DNA from: Schmidtea polychroa
Taxonomy: Eukaryota
Length of the DNA stretch: 64,000 nt
Assembly: GCA_044892525.1 (NCBI GenBank)
Contig: CM097885.1
Coordinates: forward strand, 8,682,001 to 8,746,000
Direction: 5' to 3'
The notes under the pieces are model-generated. The model was not told the DNA's origin, ran no database searches, and saw nothing but the letters and a program-made list of their open reading frames with translations. Positions 14,476 to 30,644 of this stretch are shown piece by piece. Each line of letters opens with the position of its first letter. Within the stretch, counting starts at the first letter, position 1. A program made the translations under genes and the position numbers.

Positions 14476-14624
14476 CTTTAAACAGCTTGCAAGGTTACTA
14501 GTCATGCTTATTATACATTTGATGGTTACAATTTCTACATTTTGAAAACTATATTTTGATTGGCTATCACAATTTTATAAATGTAAGAACAAAAGTAATT
14601 TAGTTATTAAGAAATTTATTACTA

Positions 14625-15263
14625 ATGATTTCTATAAATAAAACTGATGAATGTGTAACACATTTGGTAACTTTATTATTTTGTCAATATTTTTTTTATA
14701 TATACCATTTATAGCAAGGAAGTCCTACTAGAAATAAGGAAAAATTATGTCCAACCTATTCCGAAATTTCATTGAAATTTTTTAACAACACAGTTGAAGA
14801 TTTTATAAATAATCATGATACTTACAGTGATAAGCAACTCATAAATATTTTAAAGATTTTCAAACATTCCTCTATTGAATATTTGTTTGATTTATTTAAT
14901 TATGAGAAATCCATTTTAAAGTTATCTTGTTATTTAATGTACTTAGAAAAAATAGCAGTAAACAATGATTCACTGAATGAATACTTTTGGAGTTGTATGT
15001 ATTTAAGGTTGAAACCTGGATATAGTAGATTGATTTATGATTGGATAGCAAAAACCGATTTGATTGAAAATAAGCTAACGAAAAAACTGAACGAGGTTAA
15101 GAAAAGGTATTTAACTTGTTCAATTTGTAAAGAAAATCGAGTTTCGGTTTTGTATTTACCATGTGGTCATGTAATTGTTTGTTCTAAGTGTCACGAGAAG
15201 AATGTTCGCAAGTGTCAAGCCTGTTCAACATTGATTAATGAATATCATACTATATATATTTAG
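14625..15263 (+). CDS. RING-finger protein copy 15
   Basis: Same as copy 1. Confidence 0.85.
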
Positions 15264-15417
15264 TTTACCTTTGTTAATTTTACATTATTTTATTGTTTAA
15301 ATAAATGTATGTTTTGTTGATTTGTTGAGCGTGACCAGTACCCTTGTGAGCATTACCCATAGGGGGACAAAATATTTTGTCGGATAGACTCGGAGTATAT
15401 AGACTCGGTGTATATAG

Positions 15418-15511
<94 letters not shown>

Positions 15512-15660
15512 CTTTAAACAGCTTGCAAGGTTACTAGTCATGCTTATTATACATTTGATGGTTACAATTTCTACATTTTGAAAACTATATTTTGATTGGC
15601 TATCACAATTTTATAAATGTAAGAACAAAAGTAATTTAGTTATTAAGAAATTTATTACTA

Positions 15661-16299
15661 ATGATTTCTATAAATAAAACTGATGAATGTGTAACACATT
15701 TGGTAACTTTATTATTTTGTCAATATTTTTTTTATATATACCATTTATAGCAAGGAAGTCCTACTAGAAATAAGGAAAAATTATGTCCAACCTATTCCGA
15801 AATTTCATTGAAATTTTTTAACAACACAGTTGAAGATTTTATAAATAATCATGATACTTACAGTGATAAGCAACTCATAAATATTTTAAAGATTTTCAAA
15901 CATTCCTCTATTGAATATTTGTTTGATTTATTTAATTATGAGAAATCCATTTTAAAGTTATCTTGTTATTTAATGTACTTAGAAAAAATAGCAGTAAACA
16001 ATGATTCACTGAATGAATACTTTTGGAGTTGTATGTATTTAAGGTTGAAACCTGGATATAGTAGATTGATTTATGATTGGATAGCAAAAACCGATTTGAT
16101 TGAAAATAAGCTAACGAAAAAACTGAACGAGGTTAAGAAAAGGTATTTAACTTGTTCAATTTGTAAAGAAAATCGAGTTTCGGTTTTGTATTTACCATGT
16201 GGTCATGTAATTGTTTGTTCTAAGTGTCACGAGAAGAATGTTCGCAAGTGTCAAGCCTGTTCAACATTGATTAATGAATATCATACTATATATATTTAG
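15661..16299 (+). CDS. RING-finger protein copy 16
   Basis: Same as copy 1. Confidence 0.85.
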
Positions 16300-16453
16300 T
16301 TTACCTTTGTTAATTTTACATTATTTTATTGTTTAAATAAATGTATGTTTTGTTGATTTGTTGAGCGTGACCAGTACCCTTGTGAGCATTACCCATAGGG
16401 GGACAAAATATTTTGTCGGATAGACTCGGAGTATATAGACTCGGTGTATATAG

Positions 16454-16547
<94 letters not shown>

Positions 16548-16696
16548 CTTTAAACAGCTTGCAAGGTTACTAGTCATGCTTATTATACATTTGATGGTTA
16601 CAATTTCTACATTTTGAAAACTATATTTTGATTGGCTATCACAATTTTATAAATGTAAGAACAAAAGTAATTTAGTTATTAAGAAATTTATTACTA

Positions 16697-17335
16697 ATGA
16701 TTTCTATAAATAAAACTGATGAATGTGTAACACATTTGGTAACTTTATTATTTTGTCAATATTTTTTTTATATATACCATTTATAGCAAGGAAGTCCTAC
16801 TAGAAATAAGGAAAAATTATGTCCAACCTATTCCGAAATTTCATTGAAATTTTTTAACAACACAGTTGAAGATTTTATAAATAATCATGATACTTACAGT
16901 GATAAGCAACTCATAAATATTTTAAAGATTTTCAAACATTCCTCTATTGAATATTTGTTTGATTTATTTAATTATGAGAAATCCATTTTAAAGTTATCTT
17001 GTTATTTAATGTACTTAGAAAAAATAGCAGTAAACAATGATTCACTGAATGAATACTTTTGGAGTTGTATGTATTTAAGGTTGAAACCTGGATATAGTAG
17101 ATTGATTTATGATTGGATAGCAAAAACCGATTTGATTGAAAATAAGCTAACGAAAAAACTGAACGAGGTTAAGAAAAGGTATTTAACTTGTTCAATTTGT
17201 AAAGAAAATCGAGTTTCGGTTTTGTATTTACCATGTGGTCATGTAATTGTTTGTTCTAAGTGTCACGAGAAGAATGTTCGCAAGTGTCAAGCCTGTTCAA
17301 CATTGATTAATGAATATCATACTATATATATTTAG
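16697..17335 (+). CDS. RING-finger protein copy 17
   Basis: Same as copy 1. Confidence 0.85.
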
Positions 17336-17489
17336 TTTACCTTTGTTAATTTTACATTATTTTATTGTTTAAATAAATGTATGTTTTGTTGATTTGTTGA
17401 GCGTGACCAGTACCCTTGTGAGCATTACCCATAGGGGGACAAAATATTTTGTCGGATAGACTCGGAGTATATAGACTCGGTGTATATAG

Positions 17490-17574
<85 letters not shown>

Positions 17575-17723
17575 CTTTAAACAGCTTGCAAGGTTACTAG
17601 TCATGCTTATTATACATTTGATGGTTACAATTTCTACATTTTGAAAACTATATTTTGATTGGCTATCACAATTTTATAAATGTAAGAACAAAAGTAATTT
17701 AGTTATTAAGAAATTTATTACTA

Positions 17724-18362
17724 ATGATTTCTATAAATAAAACTGATGAATGTGTAACACATTTGGTAACTTTATTATTTTGTCAATATTTTTTTTATAT
17801 ATACCATTTATAGCAAGGAAGTCCTACTAGAAATAAGGAAAAATTATGTCCAACCTATTCCGAAATTTCATTGAAATTTTTTAACAACACAGTTGAAGAT
17901 TTTATAAATAATCATGATACTTACAGTGATAAGCAACTCATAAATATTTTAAAGATTTTCAAACATTCCTCTATTGAATATTTGTTTGATTTATTTAATT
18001 ATGAGAAATCCATTTTAAAGTTATCTTGTTATTTAATGTACTTAGAAAAAATAGCAGTAAACAATGATTCACTGAATGAATACTTTTGGAGTTGTATGTA
18101 TTTAAGGTTGAAACCTGGATATAGTAGATTGATTTATGATTGGATAGCAAAAACCGATTTGATTGAAAATAAGCTAACGAAAAAACTGAACGAGGTTAAG
18201 AAAAGGTATTTAACTTGTTCAATTTGTAAAGAAAATCGAGTTTCGGTTTTGTATTTACCACGTGGTCATGTAATTGTTTGTTCTAAGTGTCACGAGAAGA
18301 ATGTTCGCAAGTGTCAAGCCTGTTCAACATTGATTAATGAATATCATACTATATATATTTAG
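17724..18362 (+). CDS. RING-finger protein copy 18, zinc-ligand Cys>Arg variant
   Basis: TGT>CGT at 18261 changes LPCGH to LPRGH. Confidence 0.8.
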
Positions 18363-18516
18363 TTTACCTTTGTTAATTTTACATTATTTTATTGTTTAAA
18401 TAAATGTATGTTTTGTTGATTTGTTGAGCGTGACCAGTACCCTTGTGAGCATTACCCATAGGGGGACAAAATATTTTGTCGGATAGACTCGGAGTATATA
18501 GACTCGGTGTATATAG

Positions 18517-18592
<76 letters not shown>

Positions 18593-18741
18593 CTTTAAAC
18601 AGCTTGCAAGGTTACTAGTCATGCTTATTATACATTTGATGGTTACAATTTCTACATTTTGAAAACTATATTTTGATTGGCTATCACAATTTTATAAATG
18701 TAAGAACAAAAGTAATTTAGTTATTAAGAAATTTATTACTA

Positions 18742-19380
18742 ATGATTTCTATAAATAAAACTGATGAATGTGTAACACATTTGGTAACTTTATTATTTTG
18801 TCAATATTTTTTTTATATATACCATTTATAGCAAGGAAGTCCTACTAGAAATAAGGAAAAATTATGTCCAACCTATTCCGAAATTTCATTGAAATTTTTT
18901 AACAACACAGTTGAAGATTTTATAAATAATCATGATACTTACAGTGATAAGCAACTCATAAATATTTTAAAGATTTTCAAACATTCCTCTATTGAATATT
19001 TGTTTGATTTATTTAATTATGAGAAATCCATTTTAAAGTTATCTTGTTATTTAATGTACTTAGAAAAAATAGCAGTAAACAATGATTCACTGAATGAATA
19101 CTTTTGGAGTTGTATGTATTTAAGGTTGAAACCTGGATATAGTAGATTGATTTATGATTGGATAGCAAAAACCGATTTGATTGAAAATAAGCTAACGAAA
19201 AAACTGAACGAGGTTAAGAAAAGGTATTTAACTTGTTCAATTTGTAAAGAAAATCGAGTTTCGGTTTTGTATTTACCATGTGGTCATGTAATTGTTTGTT
19301 CTAAGTGTCACGAGAAGAATGTTCGCAAGTGTCAAGCCTGTTCAACATTGATTAATGAATATCATACTATATATATTTAG
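18742..19380 (+). CDS. RING-finger protein copy 19
   Basis: Same as copy 1. Confidence 0.85.
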
Positions 19381-19534
19381 TTTACCTTTGTTAATTTTAC
19401 ATTATTTTATTGTTTAAATAAATGTATGTTTTGTTGATTTGTTGAGCGTGACCAGTACCCTTGTGAGCATTACCCATAGGGGGACAAAATATTTTGTCGG
19501 ATAGACTCGGAGTATATAGACTCGGTGTATATAG

Positions 19535-19631
<97 letters not shown>

Positions 19632-19780
19632 CTTTAAACAGCTTGCAAGGTTACTAGTCATGCTTATTATACATTTGATGGTTACAATTTCTACATTTTG
19701 AAAACTATATTTTGATTGGCTATCACAATTTTATAAATGTAAGAACAAAAGTAATTTAGTTATTAAGAAATTTATTACTA

Positions 19781-20419
19781 ATGATTTCTATAAATAAAAC
19801 TGATGAATGTGTAACACATTTGGTAACTTTATTATTTTGTCAATATTTTTTTTATATATACCATTTATAGCAAGGAAGTCCTACTAGAAATAAGGAAAAA
19901 TTATGTCCAACCTATTCCGAAATTTCATTGAAATTTTTTAACAACACAGTTGAAGATTTTATAAATAATCATGATACTTACAGTGATAAGCAACTCATAA
20001 ATATTTTAAAGATTTTCAAACATTCCTCTATTGAATATTTGTTTGATTTATTTAATTATGAGAAATCCATTTTAAAGTTATCTTGTTATTTAATGTACTT
20101 AGAAAAAATAGCAGTAAACAATGATTCACTGAATGAATACTTTTGGAGTTGTATGTATTTAAGGTTGAAACCTGGATATAGTAGATTGATTTATGATTGG
20201 ATAGCAAAAACCGATTTGATTGAAAATAAGCTAACGAAAAAACTGAACGAGGTTAAGAAAAGGTATTTAACTTGTTCAATTTGTAAAGAAAATCGAGTTT
20301 CGGTTTTGTATTTACCATGTGGTCATGTAATTGTTTGTTCTAAGTGTCACGAGAAGAATGTTCGCAAGTGTCAAGCCTGTTCAACATTGATTAATGAATA
20401 TCATACTATATATATTTAG
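19781..20419 (+). CDS. RING-finger protein copy 20
   Basis: Same as copy 1. Confidence 0.85.
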
Positions 20420-20573
20420 TTTACCTTTGTTAATTTTACATTATTTTATTGTTTAAATAAATGTATGTTTTGTTGATTTGTTGAGCGTGACCAGTACCCT
20501 TGTGAGCATTACCCATAGGGGGACAAAATATTTTGTCGGATAGACTCGGAGTATATAGACTCGGTGTATATAG

Positions 20574-20652
<79 letters not shown>

Positions 20653-20801
20653 CTTTAAACAGCTTGCAAGGTTACTAGTCATGCTTATTATACATTTGAT
20701 GGTTACAATTTCTACATTTTGAAAACTATATTTTGATTGGCTATCACAATTTTATAAATGTAAGAACAAAAGTAATTTAGTTATTAAGAAATTTATTACT
20801 A

Positions 20802-21440
20802 ATGATTTCTATAAATAAAACTGATGAATGTGTAACACATTTGGTAACTTTATTATTTTGTCAATATTTTTTTTATATATACCATTTATAGCAAGGAAGT
20901 CCTACTAGAAATAAGGAAAAATTATGTCCAACCTATTCCGAAATTTCATTGAAATTTTTTAACAACACAGTTGAAGATTTTATAAATAATCATGATACTT
21001 ACAGTGATAAGCAACTCATAAATATTTTAAAGATTTTCAAACATTCCTCTATTGAATATTTGTTTGATTTATTTAATTATGAGAAATCCATTTTAAAGTT
21101 ATCTTGTTATTTAATGTACTTAGAAAAAATAGCAGTAAACAATGATTCACTGAATGAATACTTTTGGAGTTGTATGTATTTAAGGTTGAAACCTGGATAT
21201 AGTAGATTGATTTATGATTGGATAGCAAAAACCGATTTGATTGAAAATAAGCTAACGAAAAAACTGAACGAGGTTAAGAAAAGGTATTTAACTTGTTCAA
21301 TTTGTAAAGAAAATCGAGTTTCGGTTTTGTATTTACCATGTGGTCATGTAATTGTTTGTTCTAAGTGTCACGAGAAGAATGTTCGCAAGTGTCAAGCCTG
21401 TTCAACATTGATTAATGAATATCATACTATATATATTTAG
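20802..21440 (+). CDS. RING-finger protein copy 21
   Basis: Same as copy 1. Confidence 0.85.
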
Positions 21441-21594
21441 TTTACCTTTGTTAATTTTACATTATTTTATTGTTTAAATAAATGTATGTTTTGTTGATTT
21501 GTTGAGCGTGACCAGTACCCTTGTGAGCATTACCCATAGGGGGACAAAATATTTTGTCGGATAGACTCGGAGTATATAGACTCGGTGTATATAG

Positions 21595-21679
<85 letters not shown>

Positions 21680-21828
21680 CTTTAAACAGCTTGCAAGGTT
21701 ACTAGTCATGCTTATTATACATTTGATGGTTACAATTTCTACATTTTGAAAACTATATTTTGATTGGCTATCACAATTTTATAAATGTAAGAACAAAAGT
21801 AATTTAGTTATTAAGAAATTTATTACTA

Positions 21829-22467
21829 ATGATTTCTATAAATAAAACTGATGAATGTGTAACACATTTGGTAACTTTATTATTTTGTCAATATTTTTTT
21901 TATATATACCATTTATAGCAAGGAAGTCCTACTAGAAATAAGGAAAAATTATGTCCAACCTATTCCGAAATTTCATTGAAATTTTTTAACAACACAGTTG
22001 AAGATTTTATAAATAATCATGATACTTACAGTGATAAGCAACTCATAAATATTTTAAAGATTTTCAAACATTCCTCTATTGAATATTTGTTTGATTTATT
22101 TAATTATGAGAAATCCATTTTAAAGTTATCTTGTTATTTAATGTACTTAGAAAAAATAGCAGTAAACAATGATTCACTGAATGAATACTTTTGGAGTTGT
22201 ATGTATTTAAGGTTGAAACCTGGATATAGTAGATTGATTTATGATTGGATAGCAAAAACCGATTTGATTGAAAATAAGCTAACGAAAAAACTGAACGAGG
22301 TTAAGAAAAGGTATTTAACTTGTTCAATTTGTAAAGAAAATCGAGTTTCGGTTTTGTATTTACCATGTGGTCATGTAATTGTTTGTTCTAAGTGTCACGA
22401 GAAGAATGTTCGCAAGTGTCAAGCCTGTTCAACATTGATTAATGAATATCATACTATATATATTTAG
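21829..22467 (+). CDS. RING-finger protein copy 22
   Basis: Same as copy 1. Confidence 0.85.
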
Positions 22468-22621
22468 TTTACCTTTGTTAATTTTACATTATTTTATTGT
22501 TTAAATAAATGTATGTTTTGTTGATTTGTTGAGCGTGACCAGTACCCTTGTGAGCATTACCCATAGGGGGACAAAATATTTTGTCGGATAGACTCGGAGT
22601 ATATAGACTCGGTGTATATAG

Positions 22622-22697
<76 letters not shown>

Positions 22698-22846
22698 CTT
22701 TAAACAGCTTGCAAGGTTACTAGTCATGCTTATTATACATTTGATGGTTACAATTTCTACATTTTGAAAACTATATTTTGATTGGCTATCACAATTTTAT
22801 AAATGTAAGAACAAAAGTAATTTAGTTATTAAGAAATTTATTACTA

Positions 22847-23485
22847 ATGATTTCTATAAATAAAACTGATGAATGTGTAACACATTTGGTAACTTTATTA
22901 TTTTGTCAATATTTTTTTTATATATACCATTTATAGCAAGGAAGTCCTACTAGAAATAAGGAAAAATTATGTCCAACCTATTCCGAAATTTCATTGAAAT
23001 TTTTTAACAACACAGTTGAAGATTTTATAAATAATCATGATACTTACAGTGATAAGCAACTCATAAATATTTTAAAGATTTTCAAACATTCCTCTATTGA
23101 ATATTTGTTTGATTTATTTAATTATGAGAAATCCATTTTAAAGTTATCTTGTTATTTAATGTACTTAGAAAAAATAGCAGTAAACAATGATTCACTGAAT
23201 GAATACTTTTGGAGTTGTATGTATTTAAGGTTGAAACCTGGATATAGTAGATTGATTTATGATTGGATAGCAAAAACCGATTTGATTGAAAATAAGCTAA
23301 CGAAAAAACTGAACGAGGTTAAGAAAAGGTATTTAACTTGTTCAATTTGTAAAGAAAATCGAGTTTCGGTTTTGTATTTACCATGTGGTCATGTAATTGT
23401 TTGTTCTAAGTGTCACGAGAAGAATGTTCGCAAGTGTCAAGCCTGTTCAACATTGATTAATGAATATCATACTATATATATTTAG
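22847..23485 (+). CDS. RING-finger protein copy 23
   Basis: Same as copy 1. Confidence 0.85.
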
Positions 23486-23639
23486 TTTACCTTTGTTAAT
23501 TTTACATTATTTTATTGTTTAAATAAATGTATGTTTTGTTGATTTGTTGAGCGTGACCAGTACCCTTGTGAGCATTACCCATAGGGGGACAAAATATTTT
23601 GTCGGATAGACTCGGAGTATATAGACTCGGTGTATATAG

Positions 23640-23739
<100 letters not shown>

Positions 23740-23888
23740 CTTTAAACAGCTTGCAAGGTTACTAGTCATGCTTATTATACATTTGATGGTTACAATTTCT
23801 ACATTTTGAAAACTATATTTTGATTGGCTATCACAATTTTATAAATGTAAGAACAAAAGTAATTTAGTTATTAAGAAATTTATTACTA

Positions 23889-24527
23889 ATGATTTCTATA
23901 AATAAAACTGATGAATGTGTAACACATTTGGTAACTTTATTATTTTGTCAATATTTTTTTTATATATACCATTTATAGCAAGGAAGTCCTACTAGAAATA
24001 AGGAAAAATTATGTCCAACCTATTCCGAAATTTCATTGAAATTTTTTAACAACACAGTTGAAGATTTTATAAATAATCATGATACTTACAGTGATAAGCA
24101 ACTCATAAATATTTTAAAGATTTTCAAACATTCCTCTATTGAATATTTGTTTGATTTATTTAATTATGAGAAATCCATTTTAAAGTTATCTTGTTATTTA
24201 ATGTACTTAGAAAAAATAGCAGTAAACAATGATTCACTGAATGAATACTTTTGGAGTTGTATGTATTTAAGGTTGAAACCTGGATATAGTAGATTGATTT
24301 ATGATTGGATAGCAAAAACCGATTTGATTGAAAATAAGCTAACGAAAAAACTGAACGAGGTTAAGAAAAGGTATTTAACTTGTTCAATTTGTAAAGAAAA
24401 TCGAGTTTCGGTTTTGTATTTACCATGTGGTCATGTAATTGTTTGTTCTAAGTGTCACGAGAAGAATGTTCGCAAGTGTCAAGCCTGTTCAACATTGATT
24501 AATGAATATCATACTATATATATTTAG
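23889..24527 (+). CDS. RING-finger protein copy 24
   Basis: Same as copy 1. Confidence 0.85.
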
Positions 24528-24681
24528 TTTACCTTTGTTAATTTTACATTATTTTATTGTTTAAATAAATGTATGTTTTGTTGATTTGTTGAGCGTGACC
24601 AGTACCCTTGTGAGCATTACCCATAGGGGGACAAAATATTTTGTCGGATAGACTCGGAGTATATAGACTCGGTGTATATAG

Positions 24682-24742
<61 letters not shown>

Positions 24743-24891
24743 CTTTAAACAGCTTGCAAGGTTACTAGTCATGCTTATTATACATTTGATGGTTACAATT
24801 TCTACATTTTGAAAACTATATTTTGATTGGCTATCACAATTTTATAAATGTAAGAACAAAAGTAATTTAGTTATTAAGAAATTTATTACTA

Positions 24892-25530
24892 ATGATTTCT
24901 ATAAATAAAACTGATGAATGTGTAACACATTTGGTAACTTTATTATTTTGTCAATATTTTTTTTATATATACCATTTATAGCAAGGAAGTCCTACTAGAA
25001 ATAAGGAAAAATTATGTCCAACCTATTCCGAAATTTCATTGAAATTTTTTAACAACACAGTTGAAGATTTTATAAATAATCATGATACTTACAGTGATAA
25101 GCAACTCATAAATATTTTAAAGATTTTCAAACATTCCTCTATTGAATATTTGTTTGATTTATTTAATTATGAGAAATCCATTTTAAAGTTATCTTGTTAT
25201 TTAATGTACTTAGAAAAAATAGCAGTAAACAATGATTCACTGAATGAATACTTTTGGAGTTGTATGTATTTAAGGTTGAAACCTGGATATAGTAGATTGA
25301 TTTATGATTGGATAGCAAAAACCGATTTGATTGAAAATAAGCTAACGAAAAAACTGAACGAGGTTAAGAAAAGGTATTTAACTTGTTCAATTTGTAAAGA
25401 AAATCGAGTTTCGGTTTTGTATTTACCATGTGGTCATGTAATTGTTTGTTCTAAGTGTCACGAGAAGAATGTTCGCAAGTGTCAAGCCTGTTCAACATTG
25501 ATTAATGAATATCATACTATATATATTTAG
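24892..25530 (+). CDS. RING-finger protein copy 25
   Basis: Same as copy 1. Confidence 0.85.
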
Positions 25531-25684
25531 TTTACCTTTGTTAATTTTACATTATTTTATTGTTTAAATAAATGTATGTTTTGTTGATTTGTTGAGCGTG
25601 ACCAGTACCCTTGTGAGCATTACCCATAGGGGGACAAAATATTTTGTCGGATAGACTCGGAGTATATAGACTCGGTGTATATAG

Positions 25685-25781
<97 letters not shown>

Positions 25782-25930
25782 CTTTAAACAGCTTGCAAGG
25801 TTACTAGTCATGCTTATTATACATTTGATGGTTACAATTTCTACATTTTGAAAACTATATTTTGATTGGCTATCACAATTTTATAAATGTAAGAACAAAA
25901 GTAATTTAGTTATTAAGAAATTTATTACTA

Positions 25931-26569
25931 ATGATTTCTATAAATAAAACTGATGAATGTGTAACACATTTGGTAACTTTATTATTTTGTCAATATTTTT
26001 TTTATATATACCATTTATAGCAAGGAAGTCCTACTAGAAATAAGGAAAAATTATGTCCAACCTATTCCGAAATTTCATTGAAATTTTTTAACAACACAGT
26101 TGAAGATTTTATAAATAATCATGATACTTACAGTGATAAGCAACTCATAAATATTTTAAAGATTTTCAAACATTCCTCTATTGAATATTTGTTTGATTTA
26201 TTTAATTATGAGAAATCCATTTTAAAGTTATCTTGTTATTTAATGTACTTAGAAAAAATAGCAGTAAACAATGATTCACTGAATGAATACTTTTGGAGTT
26301 GTATGTATTTAAGGTTGAAACCTGGATATAGTAGATTGATTTATGATTGGATAGCAAAAACCGATTTGATTGAAAATAAGCTAACGAAAAAACTGAACGA
26401 GGTTAAGAAAAGGTATTTAACTTGTTCAATTTGTAAAGAAAATCGAGTTTCGGTTTTGTATTTACCATGTGGTCATGTAATTGTTTGTTCTAAGTGTCAC
26501 GAGAAGAATGTTCGCAAGTGTCAAGCCTGTTCAACATTGATTAATGAATATCATACTATATATATTTAG
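25931..26569 (+). CDS. RING-finger protein copy 26
   Basis: Same as copy 1. Confidence 0.85.
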
Positions 26570-26723
26570 TTTACCTTTGTTAATTTTACATTATTTTATT
26601 GTTTAAATAAATGTATGTTTTGTTGATTTGTTGAGCGTGACCAGTACCCTTGTGAGCATTACCCATAGGGGGACAAAATATTTTGTCGGATAGACTCGGA
26701 GTATATAGACTCGGTGTATATAG

Positions 26724-26802
<79 letters not shown>

Positions 26803-26951
26803 CTTTAAACAGCTTGCAAGGTTACTAGTCATGCTTATTATACATTTGATGGTTACAATTTCTACATTTTGAAAACTATATTTTGATTGGCTATCACAAT
26901 TTTATAAATGTAAGAACAAAAGTAATTTAGTTATTAAGAAATTTATTACTA

Positions 26952-27590
26952 ATGATTTCTATAAATAAAACTGATGAATGTGTAACACATTTGGTAACTT
27001 TATTATTTTGTCAATATTTTTTTTATATATACCATTTATAGCAAGGAAGTCCTACTAGAAATAAGGAAAAATTATGTCCAACCTATTCCGAAATTTCATT
27101 GAAATTTTTTAACAACACAGTTGAAGATTTTATAAATAATCATGATACTTACAGTGATAAGCAACTCATAAATATTTTAAAGATTTTCAAACATTCCTCT
27201 ATTGAATATTTGTTTGATTTATTTAATTATGAGAAATCCATTTTAAAGTTATCTTGTTATTTAATGTACTTAGAAAAAATAGCAGTAAACAATGATTCAC
27301 TGAATGAATACTTTTGGAGTTGTATGTATTTAAGGTTGAAACCTGGATATAGTAGATTGATTTATGATTGGATAGCAAAAACCGATTTGATTGAAAATAA
27401 GCTAACGAAAAAACTGAACGAGGTTAAGAAAAGGTATTTAACTTGTTCAATTTGTAAAGAAAATCGAGTTTCGGTTTTGTATTTACCATGTGGTCATGTA
27501 ATTGTTTGTTCTAAGTGTCACGAGAAGAATGTTCGCAAGTGTCAAGCCTGTTCAACATTGATTAATGAATATCATACTATATATATTTAG
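26952..27590 (+). CDS. RING-finger protein copy 27
   Basis: Same as copy 1. Confidence 0.85.
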
Positions 27591-27744
27591 TTTACCTTTG
27601 TTAATTTTACATTATTTTATTGTTTAAATAAATGTATGTTTTGTTGATTTGTTGAGCGTGACCAGTACCCTTGTGAGCATTACCCATAGGGGGACAAAAT
27701 ATTTTGTCGGATAGACTCGGAGTATATAGACTCGGTGTATATAG

Positions 27745-27829
<85 letters not shown>

Positions 27830-27978
27830 CTTTAAACAGCTTGCAAGGTTACTAGTCATGCTTATTATACATTTGATGGTTACAATTTCTACATTTTGAA
27901 AACTATATTTTGATTGGCTATCACAATTTTATAAATGTAAGAACAAAAGTAATTTAGTTATTAAGAAATTTATTACTA

Positions 27979-28617
27979 ATGATTTCTATAAATAAAACTG
28001 ATGAATGTGTAACACATTTGGTAACTTTATTATTTTGTCAATATTTTTTTTATATATACCATTTATAGCAAGGAAGTCCTACTAGAAATAAGGAAAAATT
28101 ATGTCCAACCTATTCCGAAATTTCATTGAAATTTTTTAACAACACAGTTGAAGATTTTATAAATAATCATGATACTTACAGTGATAAGCAACTCATAAAT
28201 ATTTTAAAGATTTTCAAACATTCCTCTATTGAATATTTGTTTGATTTATTTAATTATGAGAAATCCATTTTAAAGTTATCTTGTTATTTAATGTACTTAG
28301 AAAAAATAGCAGTAAACAATGATTCACTGAATGAATACTTTTGGAGTTGTATGTATTTAAGGTTGAAACCTGGATATAGTAGATTGATTTATGATTGGAT
28401 AGCAAAAACCGATTTGATTGAAAATAAGCTAACGAAAAAACTGAACGAGGTTAAGAAAAGGTATTTAACTTGTTCAATTTGTAAAGAAAATCGAGTTTCG
28501 GTTTTGTATTTACCATGTGGTCATGTAATTGTTTGTTCTAAGTGTCACGAGAAGAATGTTCGCAAGTGTCAAGCCTGTTCAACATTGATTAATGAATATC
28601 ATACTATATATATTTAG
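27979..28617 (+). CDS. RING-finger protein copy 28
   Basis: Same as copy 1. Confidence 0.85.
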
Positions 28618-28771
28618 TTTACCTTTGTTAATTTTACATTATTTTATTGTTTAAATAAATGTATGTTTTGTTGATTTGTTGAGCGTGACCAGTACCCTTG
28701 TGAGCATTACCCATAGGGGGACAAAATATTTTGTCGGATAGACTCGGAGTATATAGACTCGGTGTATATAG

Positions 28772-28853
<82 letters not shown>

Positions 28854-29002
28854 CTTTAAACAGCTTGCAAGGTTACTAGTCATGCTTATTATACATTTGA
28901 TGGTTACAATTTCTACATTTTGAAAACTATATTTTGATTGGCTATCACAATTTTATAAATGTAAGAACAAAAGTAATTTAGTTATTAAGAAATTTATTAC
29001 TA

Positions 29003-29641
29003 ATGATTTCTATAAATAAAACTGATGAATGTGTAACACATTTGGTAACTTTATTATTTTGTCAATATTTTTTTTATATATACCATTTATAGCAAGGAAG
29101 TCCTACTAGAAATAAGGAAAAATTATGTCCAACCTATTCCGAAATTTCATTGAAATTTTTTAACAACACAGTTGAAGATTTTATAAATAATCATGATACT
29201 TACAGTGATAAGCAACTCATAAATATTTTAAAGATTTTCAAACATTCCTCTATTGAATATTTGTTTGATTTATTTAATTATGAGAAATCCATTTTAAAGT
29301 TATCTTGTTATTTAATGTACTTAGAAAAAATAGCAGTAAACAATGATTCACTGAATGAATACTTTTGGAGTTGTATGTATTTAAGGTTGAAACCTGGATA
29401 TAGTAGATTGATTTATGATTGGATAGCAAAAACTGATTTGATTGAAAATAAGCTAACGAAAAAACTGAACGAGGTTAAGAAAAGGTATTTAACTTGTTCA
29501 ATTTGTAAAGAAAATCGAGTTTCGGTTTTGTATTTACCATGTGGTCATGTAATTGTTTGTTCTAAGTGTCACGAGAAGAATGTTCGCAAGTGTCAAGCCT
29601 GTTCAACATTGATTAATGAATATCATACTATATATATTTAG
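29003..29641 (+). CDS. RING-finger protein copy 29
   Basis: Same protein; synonymous ACC>ACT at 29434. Confidence 0.85.
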
Positions 29642-29795
29642 TTTACCTTTGTTAATTTTACATTATTTTATTGTTTAAATAAATGTATGTTTTGTTGATT
29701 TGTTGAGCGTGACCAGTACCCTTGTGAGCATTACCCATAGGGGGACAAAATATTTTGTCGGATAGACTCGGAGTATATAGACTCGGTGTATATAG

Positions 29796-29856
<61 letters not shown>

Positions 29857-30005
29857 CTTTAAACAGCTTGCAAGGTTACTAGTCATGCTTATTATACATT
29901 TGATGGTTACAATTTCTACATTTTGAAAACTATATTTTGATTGGCTATCACAATTTTATAAATGTAAGAACAAAAGTAATTTAGTTATTAAGAAATTTAT
30001 TACTA

Positions 30006-30644
30006 ATGATTTCTATAAATAAAACTGATGAATGTGTAACACATTTGGTAACTTTATTATTTTGTCAATATTTTTTTTATATATACCATTTATAGCAAGG
30101 AAGTCCTACTAGAAATAAGGAAAAATTATGTCCAACCTATTCCGAAATTTCATTGAAATTTTTTAACAACACAGTTGAAGATTTTATAAATAATCATGAT
30201 ACTTACAGTGATAAGCAACTCATAAATATTTTAAAGATTTTCAAACATTCCTCTATTGAATATTTGTTTGATTTATTTAATTATGAGAAATCCATTTTAA
30301 AGTTATCTTGTTATTTAATGTACTTAGAAAAAATAGCAGTAAACAATGATTCACTGAATGAATACTTTTGGAGTTGTATGTATTTAAGGTTGAAACCTGG
30401 ATATAGTAGATTGATTTATGATTGGATAGCAAAAACCGATTTGATTGAAAATAAGCTAACGAAAAAACTGAACGAGGTTAAGAAAAGGTATTTAACTTGT
30501 TCAATTTGTAAAGAAAATCGAGTTTCGGTTTTGTATTTACCATGTGGTCATGTAATTGTTTGTTCTAAGTGTCACGAGAAGAATGTTCGCAAGTGTCAAG
30601 CCTGTTCAACATTGATTAATGAATATCATACTATATATATTTAG
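30006..30644 (+). CDS. RING-finger protein copy 30
   Basis: Same as copy 1. Confidence 0.85.
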
